Origin: a virus
Reading direction: 5' to 3' (one strand)
Virus record (IMG/VR): IMGVR_UViG_3300006871_000008
Coordinates: 26,845 to 90,844 of that record
DNA: 64,000 bases
Shown here one piece after another: positions 9,859 through 20,061 of the stretch; position 1 is the stretch's first letter; each line of letters opens with the position of its first letter. The translations under genes were made by a program, and so were the position numbers. The notes beneath the pieces are model-generated. The model ran no database searches, had not been told where the DNA came from, and saw only the letters and a list, made by a program, of their open reading frames with translations.

Positions 9859-11801
9859 TAGTCGTAATCCGTGTTAACCACGTCGAGAACATTCCTAAAC
9901 TCGCCCATCGACATAAGTTCGAGGCGGCGATTGTCCTTGAGGATTTCGTACACCCGGTCATCAGACGGCAGGTGAAAAATATCCACAATGGTTGCTCCCT
10001 TCGCATAGTCCATGCCGGGCCGATGGATACGATCTTCGGCCTGCGCACGATACTCTGGATTGAAGTCGTTGGAGTAGAACACGACCATTGACGATTCGGT
10101 AAGCGTCAACCCGACGCCACCGCTGCCAGGGTGCGCTATAAACGCCACCCGGCGTGTTTCCTCGGTGTCTGATAAGTCCGCCCATAAGTCGAGGGCGTCC
10201 CGCTTGATCGGTGAACCGTCCGGTCCAATGACCGACCAGCCGCGCCCGTCAACTCGAATGACGGTCCAGTTTTCTTTCTGTGCCAACTCGCAGCACTGGT
10301 CGATAGCCCCGGTGAACCCGGCGAAGATTACGATGCGGCCCTGCTCATCACACTCGTCGAGCAAGTCCTTCAACACGTCGATCTTGGGGGACGGAACCCG
10401 CAAGGCAACGCGAACCATGTTGTCAATTTCACCGTTGCCGTTGCACGTCGGGCACAGAATAGTGCGCTCGATAAGCGCCTCTTGTAGTTCCGGGTCAAGG
10501 AAATCTATCTGCGAGAATACGCGATCTTCGTCAGCCGGATCAACCCATTGCTTGACTTCCTTGCGGCCCTCACAGTGCGGGCAAGTTTTCTTACCGTGCG
10601 GTTCCTCGCGGTATTGAAAGCCGTCACTCAACTCCCGCAGCAGCGTCATGCCGGTCACGGTATTGGGCGAAGTCTCGAATATCGTTTTCGCGGCTCGCAG
10701 AATGGATGGCTTGGGCTGGCAGCGAATCTGGCGATAGTGCTTATCCGGTAAGTCGAGGCAGTCTTTCTTGGACTTGATAACGACCAGCCCTCGCAGCCGC
10801 TCGTACAACAATTCGACTTCGTTGACAGACTCTTGGAACGGATGGTAGTCCTTGCCAATGACCATCGCCGCCACTTTGTCGTGTGCTTCGTATTCGGCGT
10901 AGTGCCCGCACAGATTGCATTTGCGGGTGTCGTCCCGCCAGCCGACTTGCTTCCAGAACTTCTGGCCTTCGAGCGTAGTGACTTGCTCCATGAACGCCAG
11001 CCGCCGTTGGAACGACGAAGGCGAGCCTTCCCGCAGGAAGCCGGGGCAGGCCACTTCCGCCTGATGCCACCAATCGACGGGCGACTTCGGCGAAGGCGTA
11101 CCGGACATTTCAATCACGAAGGAATCGTAGCCCCAATGACTACGCATGTTCGTAGCAAGATGGAACGCCGAGATTGACCGCTTTGTGCTGGCGGTCTTAA
11201 TTCGTTGTGACTCGTCAAGTACCACGCCATGCGGCGGGGCCGTGCCGGGCGTCCAGTTAGCAATTAGCTTGACCAAACCTTCGTAGGTCATAAGCGTAGG
11301 ACTGACACGGCTTTCCCACTTGCGTAGCTCGCGCTCGACCGCCTTCAATGCGGCACGCGGGGCGACCCACCACCAGTCGGGATGGCCCGACCGCTCGGCG
11401 ACTTCAATCGCAGAGAGAGTCTTACCCAGGCCCATTTCCGCCGCCCAAAGCTGGTAGTGGTACGTCAGACCGCAGTTGGTCATATCGCATTGGTGCAGCA
11501 TCAGCGGACGGTCGTAGGAGAATTCCTTAACCGGCTGCTCGAACCACTCATACGGATTCTCACCTTGCAACCATGCCAGTTGAAAGCGATTGCGTTCGCA
11601 GTCAAGGATGGACCAAATCTTTCGTGGGTGCGGGTCGCGGCCATGCCAGCGAGCGTCCGCCATCGACTTGATTTCATCCATGATGGCTTTGTTGTACCGG
11701 AATTGAAACTCAATCCGGTCCCCGTTCAAAGTCATTTGAACCGGGTAGCGATAGTTCCCAACTTGCAACTTGACTGTCTGTGTCAGTGGTTCATCGACCA
11801 T
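9855..11801 (-). CDS. SNF2-family helicase with Zn-finger inserts
   Basis: EMGLGKT, DESQ, SGTP, GVGLTL, QAEDRIHRPG. Confidence 0.92.
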   Translation of the reverse strand: MVDEPLTQTVKLQVGNYRYPVQMTLNGDRIEFQFRYNKAIMDEIKSMADARWHGRDPHPRKIWSILDCERNRFQLAWLQGENPYEWFEQPVKEFSYDRPLMLHQCDMTNCGLTYHYQLWAAEMGLGKTLSAIEVAERSGHPDWWWVAPRAALKAVERELRKWESRVSPTLMTYEGLVKLIANWTPGTAPPHGVVLDESQRIKTASTKRSISAFHLATNMRSHWGYDSFVIEMSGTPSPKSPVDWWHQAEVACPGFLREGSPSSFQRRLAFMEQVTTLEGQKFWKQVGWRDDTRKCNLCGHYAEYEAHDKVAAMVIGKDYHPFQESVNEVELLYERLRGLVVIKSKKDCLDLPDKHYRQIRCQPKPSILRAAKTIFETSPNTVTGMTLLRELSDGFQYREEPHGKKTCPHCEGRKEVKQWVDPADEDRVFSQIDFLDPELQEALIERTILCPTCNGNGEIDNMVRVALRVPSPKIDVLKDLLDECDEQGRIVIFAGFTGAIDQCCELAQKENWTVIRVDGRGWSVIGPDGSPIKRDALDLWADLSDTEETRRVAFIAHPGSGGVGLTLTESSMVVFYSNDFNPEYRAQAEDRIHRPGMDYAKGATIVDIFHLPSDDRVYEILKDNRRLELMSMGEFRNVLDVVNTDYDY

Positions 11802-12336
11802 TCTTCGGCCCCTCAAGTCTAAATGTTCCGTCCGGCATGGAGTAGCGATGGTACGCTGCCCACACTTCGCCAAGGCCCAACTTCTCGAACCAGAGGCTCA
11901 ACTTGTTGAACACGTAGCGCAGGTCGGTCGTTGCCGCTTCGCCGCAGCCGACCGCCACGGCATCCCGCCACTCGGCGAGTGTGCCAGAGATAATGTACAC
12001 AGGCCGGTCAAAGTCGTGATAAGCGAGCGTCAACGCGAGTCCTGTATTCAGCAACATGACTTCCTCGAACACCCCCGGCTGCGAGATAACAAGGAACGAA
12101 TAATGGAAGTGCCGCTGGACCGCATGAGAATTTTGCAACGCCTTGACAGCGTTGGGGTGTTGGCCTTCCGCCGCTGAGAGTTGAATGACTGCCTTCGCCG
12201 CTTCGGTAAACTGGCGGTTGGACGAATCCAAAACGGCGGACGGACTCACGCCATGAATCTTGGCGAGAAGCGTGAGTAGGGTTGAATGATCGGCCTGCGT
12301 TTGATGCAGGGGCATTACTTCGGCGATTGCTGCCAT
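11791..12336 (-). CDS. ThyX-like fold protein (degenerate)
   Basis: HFHYSF..., IISGTLAEWR..., DLRYVF resemble the ThyX scaffold; RHRxxS signature absent. Confidence 0.45.
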   Translation of the reverse strand: MAAIAEVMPLHQTQADHSTLLTLLAKIHGVSPSAVLDSSNRQFTEAAKAVIQLSAAEGQHPNAVKALQNSHAVQRHFHYSFLVISQPGVFEEVMLLNTGLALTLAYHDFDRPVYIISGTLAEWRDAVAVGCGEAATTDLRYVFNKLSLWFEKLGLGEVWAAYHRYSMPDGTFRLEGPKNGR

Positions 12337-12725
12337 TCTTGCGTCCGTACCAAAAGTGTCAGTTGCATTTTATCCGACCCGACGCCGTGTGTCAAGGCCA
12401 CGACGAAGATTCCCATGACCTGTGCCCGCGAAATGGCTTGTCCTGGGAAACGGTCTTGCAACTCCGGGTAGCTAAACTCAACGCATTCAAACCCGTCCGG
12501 GTAATCGGCCTTAATACCGGCTGCAATCTGGCCGACCGTCGCATTGACCCACGACTTGTATTCGCGGTCGCTGCTCAATGTCGTTGAGTGAAGATACTCT
12601 CGCGTTGGACGGGATGCGACCCTAGCTGCTCTGCGCGGGTATTGCTCCCGCATCAGCAAGTCGCTAAGTGTCGCCCCGGTATAAATCGAGGCATCGCGTG
12701 CTGTGTCTTTAGTCGATGCAGGCAT
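12315..12725 (-). CDS. Hypothetical protein
   Basis: ORF directly after the tRNA, GGAG SD. Confidence 0.55.
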   Translation of the reverse strand: MPASTKDTARDASIYTGATLSDLLMREQYPRRAARVASRPTREYLHSTTLSSDREYKSWVNATVGQIAAGIKADYPDGFECVEFSYPELQDRFPGQAISRAQVMGIFVVALTHGVGSDKMQLTLLVRTQEWQQSPK

Positions 12726-12737
12726 TTGTTTCTCCAA

Positions 12738-12811
12738 TCGGGGAAGTCGGACTCGAACCGACGACCTTCGCAGTATCAGTGCGATGCTCTAACCAACTGA
12801 GCTACTCCCCA
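12738..12811 (-). tRNA. tRNA-Ile(GAT), no encoded CCA
   Basis: Cloverleaf; TCGCA-CTGATAC-TGCGA anticodon arm; GGTTCGAGTCC T arm. Confidence 0.92.
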
Positions 12812-12898
12812 ATAAAGTGCCGCCCCGCAAATGCGTGGGCGGCTAAACTGGTTCTTAACGGTTGGCACTCGTAAACCAGACCTTCCAGCAGACCCGTA

Positions 12899-13579
12899 TT
12901 ACCGGGCACGCCGTCCTTTCGCTGCGGCAGGCTTGACTTCCTCTCGCCCACCTTCGTTGTCGCTCTTGAAGAACTTTTCGACTTGCGCCTTAAATTCCTC
13001 AAGTCCGGGAGCGTTCGTAAACGGCGTTGAACACTTCGTCGCCACCGGGGCGTGCCACGAATACCGCTTCTCAATGAAGCGAACACTCATGGTAATCGGG
13101 CGAATACCCGTTTCCTCGGTCGGCAGCATCTTGCCTGCCTCACGCCGGGCCGAAGCACCAGCCGCGAAGTAGGTATAGAACTTGCCGGTGGACCGCTCGA
13201 ACACCAGAAACTCCACGCCGTACATGCAGCCAGAATCCTCGACGGTATCCGCCTGCTCTTTAATCCGCTTGAATTCGGCGGATTCGGGGTCGTGGGCCGC
13301 AACCGGCGTCTCGCCGTTGGTATCAAGGGCCTTGGCGCGGGCCGCAGCAACGAGTACGTCGATGCGCTCGCCTAGTTCCTCAATATCCTCGCCGCTATTC
13401 CGGGGGATTCCATAGTGCCCGGCACGAATCTTGTTCTGTTTCGCGGCGCTCGACGTACCCTGAAACAACTGGATACGCTCAAGATAGTCCCCCGCTTTGG
13501 TCAACTCGGCCAGCACCTTTGCCGGCGCAGCGATGGAACCAATCTGGCTAAGGGACGGAAGGGTAGCAATTGCGCTCAT
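12899..13579 (-). CDS. Probable ssDNA-binding/replication accessory protein
   Basis: Replication-module context, strong SD, beta-rich core with charged tail; no diagnostic motif. Confidence 0.45.
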   Translation of the reverse strand: MSAIATLPSLSQIGSIAAPAKVLAELTKAGDYLERIQLFQGTSSAAKQNKIRAGHYGIPRNSGEDIEELGERIDVLVAAARAKALDTNGETPVAAHDPESAEFKRIKEQADTVEDSGCMYGVEFLVFERSTGKFYTYFAAGASARREAGKMLPTEETGIRPITMSVRFIEKRYSWHAPVATKCSTPFTNAPGLEEFKAQVEKFFKSDNEGGREEVKPAAAKGRRAR

Positions 13580-13588
13580 GTCTTTTCC

Positions 13589-14518
13589 TCACTGAATGAT
13601 TGAACTTGAAAAGGGAAATGTCGGCATGTCGCCTGCACGTTTTGACCTTGCCTTTCGTCGGCGGGCGTCGGCTTCCTCGATTTGTTGCTGCTTCCGCCCG
13701 GCCACAAGCCGCTGGTGCTGGACGGATTCAGGGTCAAGGCGTAATGCCCACGCTACTCCCAAACGGAAGGCGTCGGCTTTGGTCACGCATTGAGGGTCTA
13801 ATACTATTGTATCAGCTATGCTCGGTTTGTCAAGAGCCGCCTTTAATACTCTGATCGGGCGGACGCTGGCTACCGGCTGAAATACGGGCGGTTCCGGGTC
13901 GATCTTCCCGGATGCAAGTCGTTGGTGGTACGCCCTTAACAGTGGCATGACCTTGGCCCGTAACTCGCTAGTTGTAAGCATCGCGGCATCTTCGCGGAAT
14001 TGTGTCTGCCAGGACTTCGGACAACAGGAAAGGATGAAGGCCGATTGTAGATTTATGCGGCCTGAGTCAACGTCCCGCTGTATTACTTCAATCAGTTTGA
14101 GCAGCTTGAGTTGGTCTTTGACCCACCCGGTCGGCTTGCATAATACCCCTGCAAGGTAGCCCACAGTCCACTCAGGGTGGCGGGCGGCAAGGCGGCGAAT
14201 CGCGGCAGCGTACTCGGCTGGCTTGGGGTGGACGGATACGGCGTTGGCCTTAATCCCAACGATCATAGCCTCATCGTCACCAATGCCCTCAAAGATTTCG
14301 ACGGGAACGGTCGGCCATTCTAAGTCTTTGGCGATGCAGTAGCGATGCAGCCCGTCGAGAATTTCGTACTTGCCGTCTGCCCGTTTGCGTGTTAGAATAG
14401 GACGCATCCAGTTGCTTGTACGGATGGCGTCACGAAGCTGCTCGTATTCGAGGCAAGTCGTGTCGGCGAACCGCATAGCGATTTCGCTCTCCATGATTAG
14501 TTCAATTGGAACGTCCAT
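13589..14518 (-). CDS. Second ParB/Srx-family protein
   Basis: PILTRK..YEILDGLHRY; HTH YLAGVLCKPTGWVKDQLKLLKL. Confidence 0.85.
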   Translation of the reverse strand: MDVPIELIMESEIAMRFADTTCLEYEQLRDAIRTSNWMRPILTRKRADGKYEILDGLHRYCIAKDLEWPTVPVEIFEGIGDDEAMIVGIKANAVSVHPKPAEYAAAIRRLAARHPEWTVGYLAGVLCKPTGWVKDQLKLLKLIEVIQRDVDSGRINLQSAFILSCCPKSWQTQFREDAAMLTTSELRAKVMPLLRAYHQRLASGKIDPEPPVFQPVASVRPIRVLKAALDKPSIADTIVLDPQCVTKADAFRLGVAWALRLDPESVQHQRLVAGRKQQQIEEADARRRKARSKRAGDMPTFPFSSSIIQ

Positions 14519-14524
14519 AGTTCT

Positions 14525-14552
14525 ATTATACCACGGATAACGATTGTGTCAA
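14525..14552 (-). promoter_or_regulatory. Sigma70-type promoter, leaderless
   Basis: TTGACA-16-(TGg)TATAAT-6 nt-ATG(14518). Confidence 0.85.
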
Positions 14553-14633
14553 TAGTGTGGCGAAAAATCATCACGATAAGTTAGCGAGGCAACATGAATA
14601 CGCGGTGTACGGGTGCTATCGGCTAACCAGCGA

Positions 14634-14790
14634 AAGTCGCAACTACAAATCGAGTTGCGACTTGGAAAGTTAGGAGTTAGCCAGTTAGTCTTAAAATATT
14701 GCTCTGTAGGGAGAGTTGAATATAGGGTAGAATATTTTAAGCGCTATATAGGATGATATTGAAGGGGGTGACTAACTAACTGCTAACTTT
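14634..14790. other. Putative replication origin (copy A)
   Basis: Convergent GTTAG/CTAAC arrays around an AT-rich core; 11-bp inverted repeat 14634-14644/14653-14663; lies between divergent promoters next to the primase-helicase. Confidence 0.6.
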
Positions 14791-14851
14791 GCCCGCAACC
14801 CTCGACGACCAAAGAGTTTGTGGCGACTTTGCCCAAAATGCCGACTAACCA

Positions 14852-14880
14852 TTGACAAACGCCCCTACATCCCTTATACT
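14852..14880 (+). promoter_or_regulatory. Sigma70-type promoter for the primase block
   Basis: TTGACA-17-TATACT-6 nt-ATG(14887). Confidence 0.8.
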
Positions 14881-14929
14881 AAGAGTATGCCCGTAATCCG
14901 TAACTATCAATGCCCAAGGACCGCCCCCG

Positions 14930-17602
14930 ATGAATGTCACCGAAGTTATCCGTAACTTCCTGAACAACCACACCCATCCAGATTTAGCAGCACTTTACGA
15001 CCCCGGCATGGAAGTTCAAGTTATGGCCTCGCCCGAAGGCGGCGAGCAAGTTGAAGGCAAGAAAGCCTGGACCGATGGGGTCAACACTTGGTTCAATTTC
15101 CGAATCCCGAAAAACGCTAAGACCATTCCCGAATTCAAGGAATGGCAGCTACAGTGGCCGCTCGCAGTCCACGCCCTCGCTATTGGCATGACGGGCTGGA
15201 ACTTCGCCGAACGCAAGTCGATGCACGTTGCCTACGACTTCGACGCCATTTGCGGCTCGTCCCATCTTGGGACTGGCATCACACAAGAGGAACTTGATCG
15301 AGTACGAGAGGCTGCCCAAGCAATTCCTTGGGTGGAAACTCGCAAATCGACTGGCGGTGGGGGACTCCATTTACGGGTGCATTTGGGCAAGGGCATCCCC
15401 ACCGCCAATCATACAGAACATGCCGCACTAGGACGTGCTGTGCTTGGCATGATGAGCGCTGAGGCGGGATTCGACTTCTCCGCTGGCGTGGATATTTGCG
15501 GCGGCAACATGTGGGTGTGGCATCGCAAGATGAACGCCACGAATCAAGGACTCAAGCTGCTGACGCCCCGCAAGCACGACCTGCTTGAAGTGCCGGAAAA
15601 CTGGCGGGACCATATCGAAGTCGTGAGCCGGAAGCGGCGTAAGGTCCGCGTGCCCGGTCTGCCGGAGTCGGCGCAGGACAAGCTGATGGCTTTGTCCGAG
15701 TCCACGAAGTCGGCCCCACTTGACGACGGGCATCATCGCCTCATGGATTGGCTTGCTGAGAACGGCCATACGTGCGTGTGGGAAGCTGACCACGGCTTGC
15801 TGAGAACGCATACGGCGTCGTTGGCAGAAGCACACACGGCTCTTAATCTGCTTGGCACGTTCAACACGCTGGCGACTGGACGCGAGCAGGGCGACCACAA
15901 CTGCTACTGCTACCCCAAGCCCGAAGGTGCGTGGCGAGTCGTCCGGTATAGCGAAGGCGCACGCGAGTCCGATACGTGGATTCAGGAAGGTGGCTGGACC
16001 TACTGCTACTACAATCAGCCTAACGATTTCCGCACGACCGCCATCGCTAAGGGCGGTATCCGCGACGAAGATGGTGGCTTCGTGTTTCCCTCAATGACGG
16101 TTGCCGGTGAAGTAGCTAAGTTGCTTGGGGCGAAGCTGGACATGAACGGGGCGCTGGCAACTCGCCAGACTAAGCTACGTGTCAGCAAGGATGGTGTTGG
16201 CATAGTCGTCGAAGTCAAGTCGGAGAAGGGCGATACTGAGACTGACAAGGCGGGCTTCATTGAGAAGGGTCGGACGCTCCGCAAAGTGCTGCGTGCAGAC
16301 CTACCACAAATCCCGTCCGAGACAACCAACTTCGATAGTAAGTACCGCTATTTGATTACGCCAAACCGTTCACCGGCTGGTTGGGTGCTGCACAACTCCC
16401 AGGAAGGTTGGTGTGGCACGAACAAGGACAACGTAATCTCGGTGCTGATGAACAATGGACTATCGGCTTCCGACTCCAAGGCTGCAACCGGGCAGATTAT
16501 CGAGGATGGCTGGACCATTACGAATATGCCATTTGGGCCAGAGTATCCAGGCGGTCGTCGCTGGAACAAGGACGCCGCCACCTTTCGATTCAAGCCTGCC
16601 GATGAAGATGAATTGCCGCATCCGCATTGGGACAAGATTCTCGCCCACTGTGGTCGTGGCTTGAATGAGGCTGTGCGGAAAGACGCATGGTGCAGGCAAT
16701 ACTCCATTACGACCGGCTCTCAATATTTGCTGTATTGGGTTGCGTCGATGATGCAGCATCCTACTGAGCCGCTGCCATATTTGTTCTTCTATTCAGAGCC
16801 ATATCAAAACTGCGGCAAGTCCAGCTTCCACGAAGCAATCAACTTGCTAATGACAAAGGGCGTAATTCGTGCCGATCAAGCCTTGCAGTCGCAAGGGAAC
16901 TTCAACGGGGAATTGCTCGGAGCAATCCTATGCGTCGTCGAGGAAACCGATCTATCGAAGGCTGGCGGGCGTGTGTACGAGAAGATGAAGGATTGGGTTA
17001 CGGGCCGCGAATTGAATCTGCATACGAAGGGCGTTACGCCTTACATGATTCAAAACACGACGCATTGGATTCAATGCTCGAATATGCAACGGGCCTGCCC
17101 GGTGTTCGATGGTGACACGCGCGTTACTATGGTTCAATTCTACCCCTTTGCAAAAGATCAGGAAATACCTTGGCCGGAGTTGAAGGTCAAGTTAGAGGAA
17201 GAAGCGCCGGCATTTCTGCGAACGCTCCTTGACACGCATATCCCGCAGTCCAACGGTCGCTTGCGGATTCCCGCCATCGAGACTGAGGATAAGCAACGGG
17301 CAGTCGAGTTGACCCGCGACGAGTTGCAAACTTTCATCGCGGAGCATTGCTTCTACGTCCCTGGATACAAGACTGAGTTTAGCGTGTTCTACGAATCCTT
17401 CATGGAAACTCTCGGCATCGCTGAGCGTGTGAAATGGACGAAGAACAAAGTCTCGTCGGCTATGCCGCCGAAGTTCCCTCGCGGGACCGGAACGGCGAAT
17501 AAACTGTTCGTCGGCAATCTTAGCTTGACCGAAGTTGAGCCGGAACCCGGCGCTTCACCGCTTATGCGGAATGAAAAGAAACACCTTGTCCCAATCGTTT
17601 AG
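14930..17602 (+). CDS. Primase-helicase (Prim-Pol-like N-terminus plus D5/SF3 helicase)
   Basis: YDFD..STGGGGLH; Walker A NCGKSSF, Walker B VEE, motif C QCSN. Confidence 0.88.
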   Translation: MNVTEVIRNFLNNHTHPDLAALYDPGMEVQVMASPEGGEQVEGKKAWTDGVNTWFNFRIPKNAKTIPEFKEWQLQWPLAVHALAIGMTGWNFAERKSMHVAYDFDAICGSSHLGTGITQEELDRVREAAQAIPWVETRKSTGGGGLHLRVHLGKGIPTANHTEHAALGRAVLGMMSAEAGFDFSAGVDICGGNMWVWHRKMNATNQGLKLLTPRKHDLLEVPENWRDHIEVVSRKRRKVRVPGLPESAQDKLMALSESTKSAPLDDGHHRLMDWLAENGHTCVWEADHGLLRTHTASLAEAHTALNLLGTFNTLATGREQGDHNCYCYPKPEGAWRVVRYSEGARESDTWIQEGGWTYCYYNQPNDFRTTAIAKGGIRDEDGGFVFPSMTVAGEVAKLLGAKLDMNGALATRQTKLRVSKDGVGIVVEVKSEKGDTETDKAGFIEKGRTLRKVLRADLPQIPSETTNFDSKYRYLITPNRSPAGWVLHNSQEGWCGTNKDNVISVLMNNGLSASDSKAATGQIIEDGWTITNMPFGPEYPGGRRWNKDAATFRFKPADEDELPHPHWDKILAHCGRGLNEAVRKDAWCRQYSITTGSQYLLYWVASMMQHPTEPLPYLFFYSEPYQNCGKSSFHEAINLLMTKGVIRADQALQSQGNFNGELLGAILCVVEETDLSKAGGRVYEKMKDWVTGRELNLHTKGVTPYMIQNTTHWIQCSNMQRACPVFDGDTRVTMVQFYPFAKDQEIPWPELKVKLEEEAPAFLRTLLDTHIPQSNGRLRIPAIETEDKQRAVELTRDELQTFIAEHCFYVPGYKTEFSVFYESFMETLGIAERVKWTKNKVSSAMPPKFPRGTGTANKLFVGNLSLTEVEPEPGASPLMRNEKKHLVPIV

Positions 17603-17605
17603 GAC

Positions 17606-17633
17606 TTGACACCCAACCCTTTCGTGCTATAAT
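17606..17633 (+). promoter_or_regulatory. Sigma70-type promoter
   Basis: TTGACA-16-(TGc)TATAAT, 9 nt before ATG 17643. Confidence 0.8.
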
Positions 17634-17642
17634 GGAGGCAGT

Positions 17643-18233
17643 ATGAGTCTGATCGTAGCTTTTGGACACCGGAAACGGACTGGCAAAGACACGGCGGCAC
17701 AAATGCTAACGCAGCATTTGACCCGCCTTGCTCCCGAATTGAAAGTGGAGCAAGTCAGTTTTGCCACGAAGTTGAAGGAAGTGTCCTACGAGTTGTTCAA
17801 GTGGGGCGGCTTGCAGCCGGGGGCCTTCTACGAGATTGAGGCCAACGCCCACCTGCGCGAAGTCGTGCTGCCGTTGATTGGTAAGACGCCTCGCCAGATT
17901 TGGATTGAAGTGGGCAACTTCATGCGGCAGGTTCACCCCGAAGTGTGGATTAAGAACGCCCTATTTGTTGACGCCGACGTTATCATTGTCCGCGACATGC
18001 GGTACTTCAATGAGGCGGGCGAAGTTGAGGGTCGAGGCGGTCTGCGGTACAAGATGATTCGTAACTCAGCACCGATCAGCAATGACGTTGCCGACTGCAA
18101 TCTCGACACCTACGACCGTTGGACTGAATTGGTTTACAACAACGGCAGTCTGGACGATCTTGATTCCAAGGTCGAATCCCTTGCCAACCGTGTCATTGAG
18201 TTGAGCTATGCCAGCACTACGCGAGCCGGATAA
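17643..18233 (+). CDS. Deoxynucleoside monophosphate kinase
   Basis: GHRKRTGKDT, SFATKLK, TPRQIW..G, DMRYFNE. Confidence 0.88.
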   Translation: MSLIVAFGHRKRTGKDTAAQMLTQHLTRLAPELKVEQVSFATKLKEVSYELFKWGGLQPGAFYEIEANAHLREVVLPLIGKTPRQIWIEVGNFMRQVHPEVWIKNALFVDADVIIVRDMRYFNEAGEVEGRGGLRYKMIRNSAPISNDVADCNLDTYDRWTELVYNNGSLDDLDSKVESLANRVIELSYASTTRAG

Positions 18234-18924
18234 CGACCGTCAATTCTTCGCCCTTGCATCGAGTGATGCAGGGGCGTGGCTTGAGCGTGCAGTAGTTCCT
18301 ACGCAGTCGGAAGCCTGCGAGCAGGAACTTACGCGCATGACCGGGGAAGCACCGCAAACCTTTGCTCAGATAGCCTCGCGCTATAGTCGTCGCTTTGAGA
18401 CAAGAATCGCGGAACAAATATACCGGGAGCATGAAGCTGCTCGTTGGTGGCTGCCGGATATGGGCCGCAATTGGGGCTACACAGAAACGCTCACAATGGA
18501 TGGAGACTTCGGAAGGATAATCATTCCGAGCCGCCGTCGTAATTTGATCGTGCCCCACGCATCGTATGAAACTCGAATGACTGTGAACAGCGACGGACGT
18601 AATACGTTCGAGGCCAGATACCCGGACGGGGCCGAACTTAACCTTCGGATTTGGCCGGATACAATCTATGGCCTTTACGTCGGCGGGGTTCGCAATTCTC
18701 ATTACGTTTCACAGCCAGACTACCGCTTCATTCTCGGCGAATTACAAGCCGGGCGTGGCGAGCGTATTATGATGCGTGAGCCAGTGGACTTCCGACGAAT
18801 GATGACTCGCGGGGAGTTGACGGAGTATGAGCCGCCGCGAACAACCGCCTACGAACCAACAGCCTACGAACTTCCTTCGGCAGCCCGACAGGATTCACAC
18901 TTCCTAATCTTGAGGCAAATATGA
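18208..18924 (+). CDS. Hypothetical protein
   Basis: Overlaps both neighbours in the operon. Confidence 0.6.
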   Translation: MPALREPDNDRQFFALASSDAGAWLERAVVPTQSEACEQELTRMTGEAPQTFAQIASRYSRRFETRIAEQIYREHEAARWWLPDMGRNWGYTETLTMDGDFGRIIIPSRRRNLIVPHASYETRMTVNSDGRNTFEARYPDGAELNLRIWPDTIYGLYVGGVRNSHYVSQPDYRFILGELQAGRGERIMMREPVDFRRMMTRGELTEYEPPRTTAYEPTAYELPSAARQDSHFLILRQI

Positions 18925-19406
18925 TGCAGTACGTGTTGGTCTTTCCGCATTGTCCAGTTTTCAATGGGCCGGACGTGCATGACGTGATGCTGATTCGCAA
19001 GGCCAAACCGGAATGGCAGAAGGGCCGCTTGAATCTAGTCGGCGGGAAGGTCGAGCCGGGTGAGTCTTTCGATCAAGCCGCCGTGCGGGAGTTTATCGAG
19101 GAAACCGGCCTCGACTGCTACAACTTTCAGCGGGCCGGGACTATTCGCTCCGACCGCAGCGGCTTCGTCCTTGGAGTTTATACCTGCGACACGGTATGGG
19201 CGGAAATAAAGTCCGAGCCACTTGAGAAGGTGGACTGGTTTGTTTGGGAGGAAGTGCGAACCGACCGGGCGCTAATGGATAATTTGCGCGTAGTCATACC
19301 CCTGCTCCTCGCAGGCATGACTGGTTGGGAGTTAATTCACGGACGAGACGACGCCGGCCACGAAATCTGCAAGATTGAATGGGAGCCTGCGCATGTTGCC
19401 GTATGA
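18921..19406 (+). CDS. Nudix hydrolase
   Basis: GGKVEPGESFDQAAVREFIEETGL Nudix box. Confidence 0.92.
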   Translation: MMQYVLVFPHCPVFNGPDVHDVMLIRKAKPEWQKGRLNLVGGKVEPGESFDQAAVREFIEETGLDCYNFQRAGTIRSDRSGFVLGVYTCDTVWAEIKSEPLEKVDWFVWEEVRTDRALMDNLRVVIPLLLAGMTGWELIHGRDDAGHEICKIEWEPAHVAV

Positions 19407-20061
19407 ACAACAGCCAGCCAACATGAACGGCAACGTACTCGTTGCTATTGATGTTGAGACAACAGGGCGGCTCGCCGGGTTCCATGAGATTGTGCAGATT
19501 GGAATTCAGCCACTAGACAGTGATTATCGGCCACTCGCCGGAGCGAGGCCGTTCTACCATAGCATCCGGCCAGAACACCCGGAGCGGGCTGAGTCAGAAG
19601 CAATGAAAGTGAGCGGTCTTAGCCTAGATGATCTTCGACTTGCGCCAGACCAATTCCAAGTTTCGGATTGGCTGGCGAATTGGGTCAGCGACCTTCGGCT
19701 TCCGTTCCAAAGGTCGCTTGTGCCACTCGCCCACAATTGGGCTTACGAGAAAGGGTTTCTTACCGACTGGTTGGGGTTAGAGGATTTCGGTAAGTATTTC
19801 TTCTCGCACCCGCGCGACACACTGACTTCTGCTCTTTTCATTAACGACATTGCCGTGGCTCACGGTATGCGAGTCCCATTCCGGCTTGTCAATCTTCCGT
19901 TCCTGTGTGAGTTGTACGGAATCCCACACAAGCACGCTCACGATGCCTTGGCCGATTCAATCTCAACCGCCGAGCTATACCGACGTTTGATTCTGAGTTT
20001 CGCCGATGGTACTGTGTTTACTCTTGCCGAAGCGGGCAACTCTGGCAATCCTCAATCTTGA
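19393..20061 (+). CDS. DEDDh 3'-5' exonuclease (DnaQ-like)
   Basis: DVETTG, AHNWAYE, HDALAD. Confidence 0.9.
   Translation: MLPYEQQPANMNGNVLVAIDVETTGRLAGFHEIVQIGIQPLDSDYRPLAGARPFYHSIRPEHPERAESEAMKVSGLSLDDLRLAPDQFQVSDWLANWVSDLRLPFQRSLVPLAHNWAYEKGFLTDWLGLEDFGKYFFSHPRDTLTSALFINDIAVAHGMRVPFRLVNLPFLCELYGIPHKHAHDALADSISTAELYRRLILSFADGTVFTLAEAGNSGNPQS

Noticed and set aside
4129-17602. Inteins or introns in the replication genes
   Set aside because: No intein splice motifs or homing endonucleases seen; the inserts are short zinc ribbons
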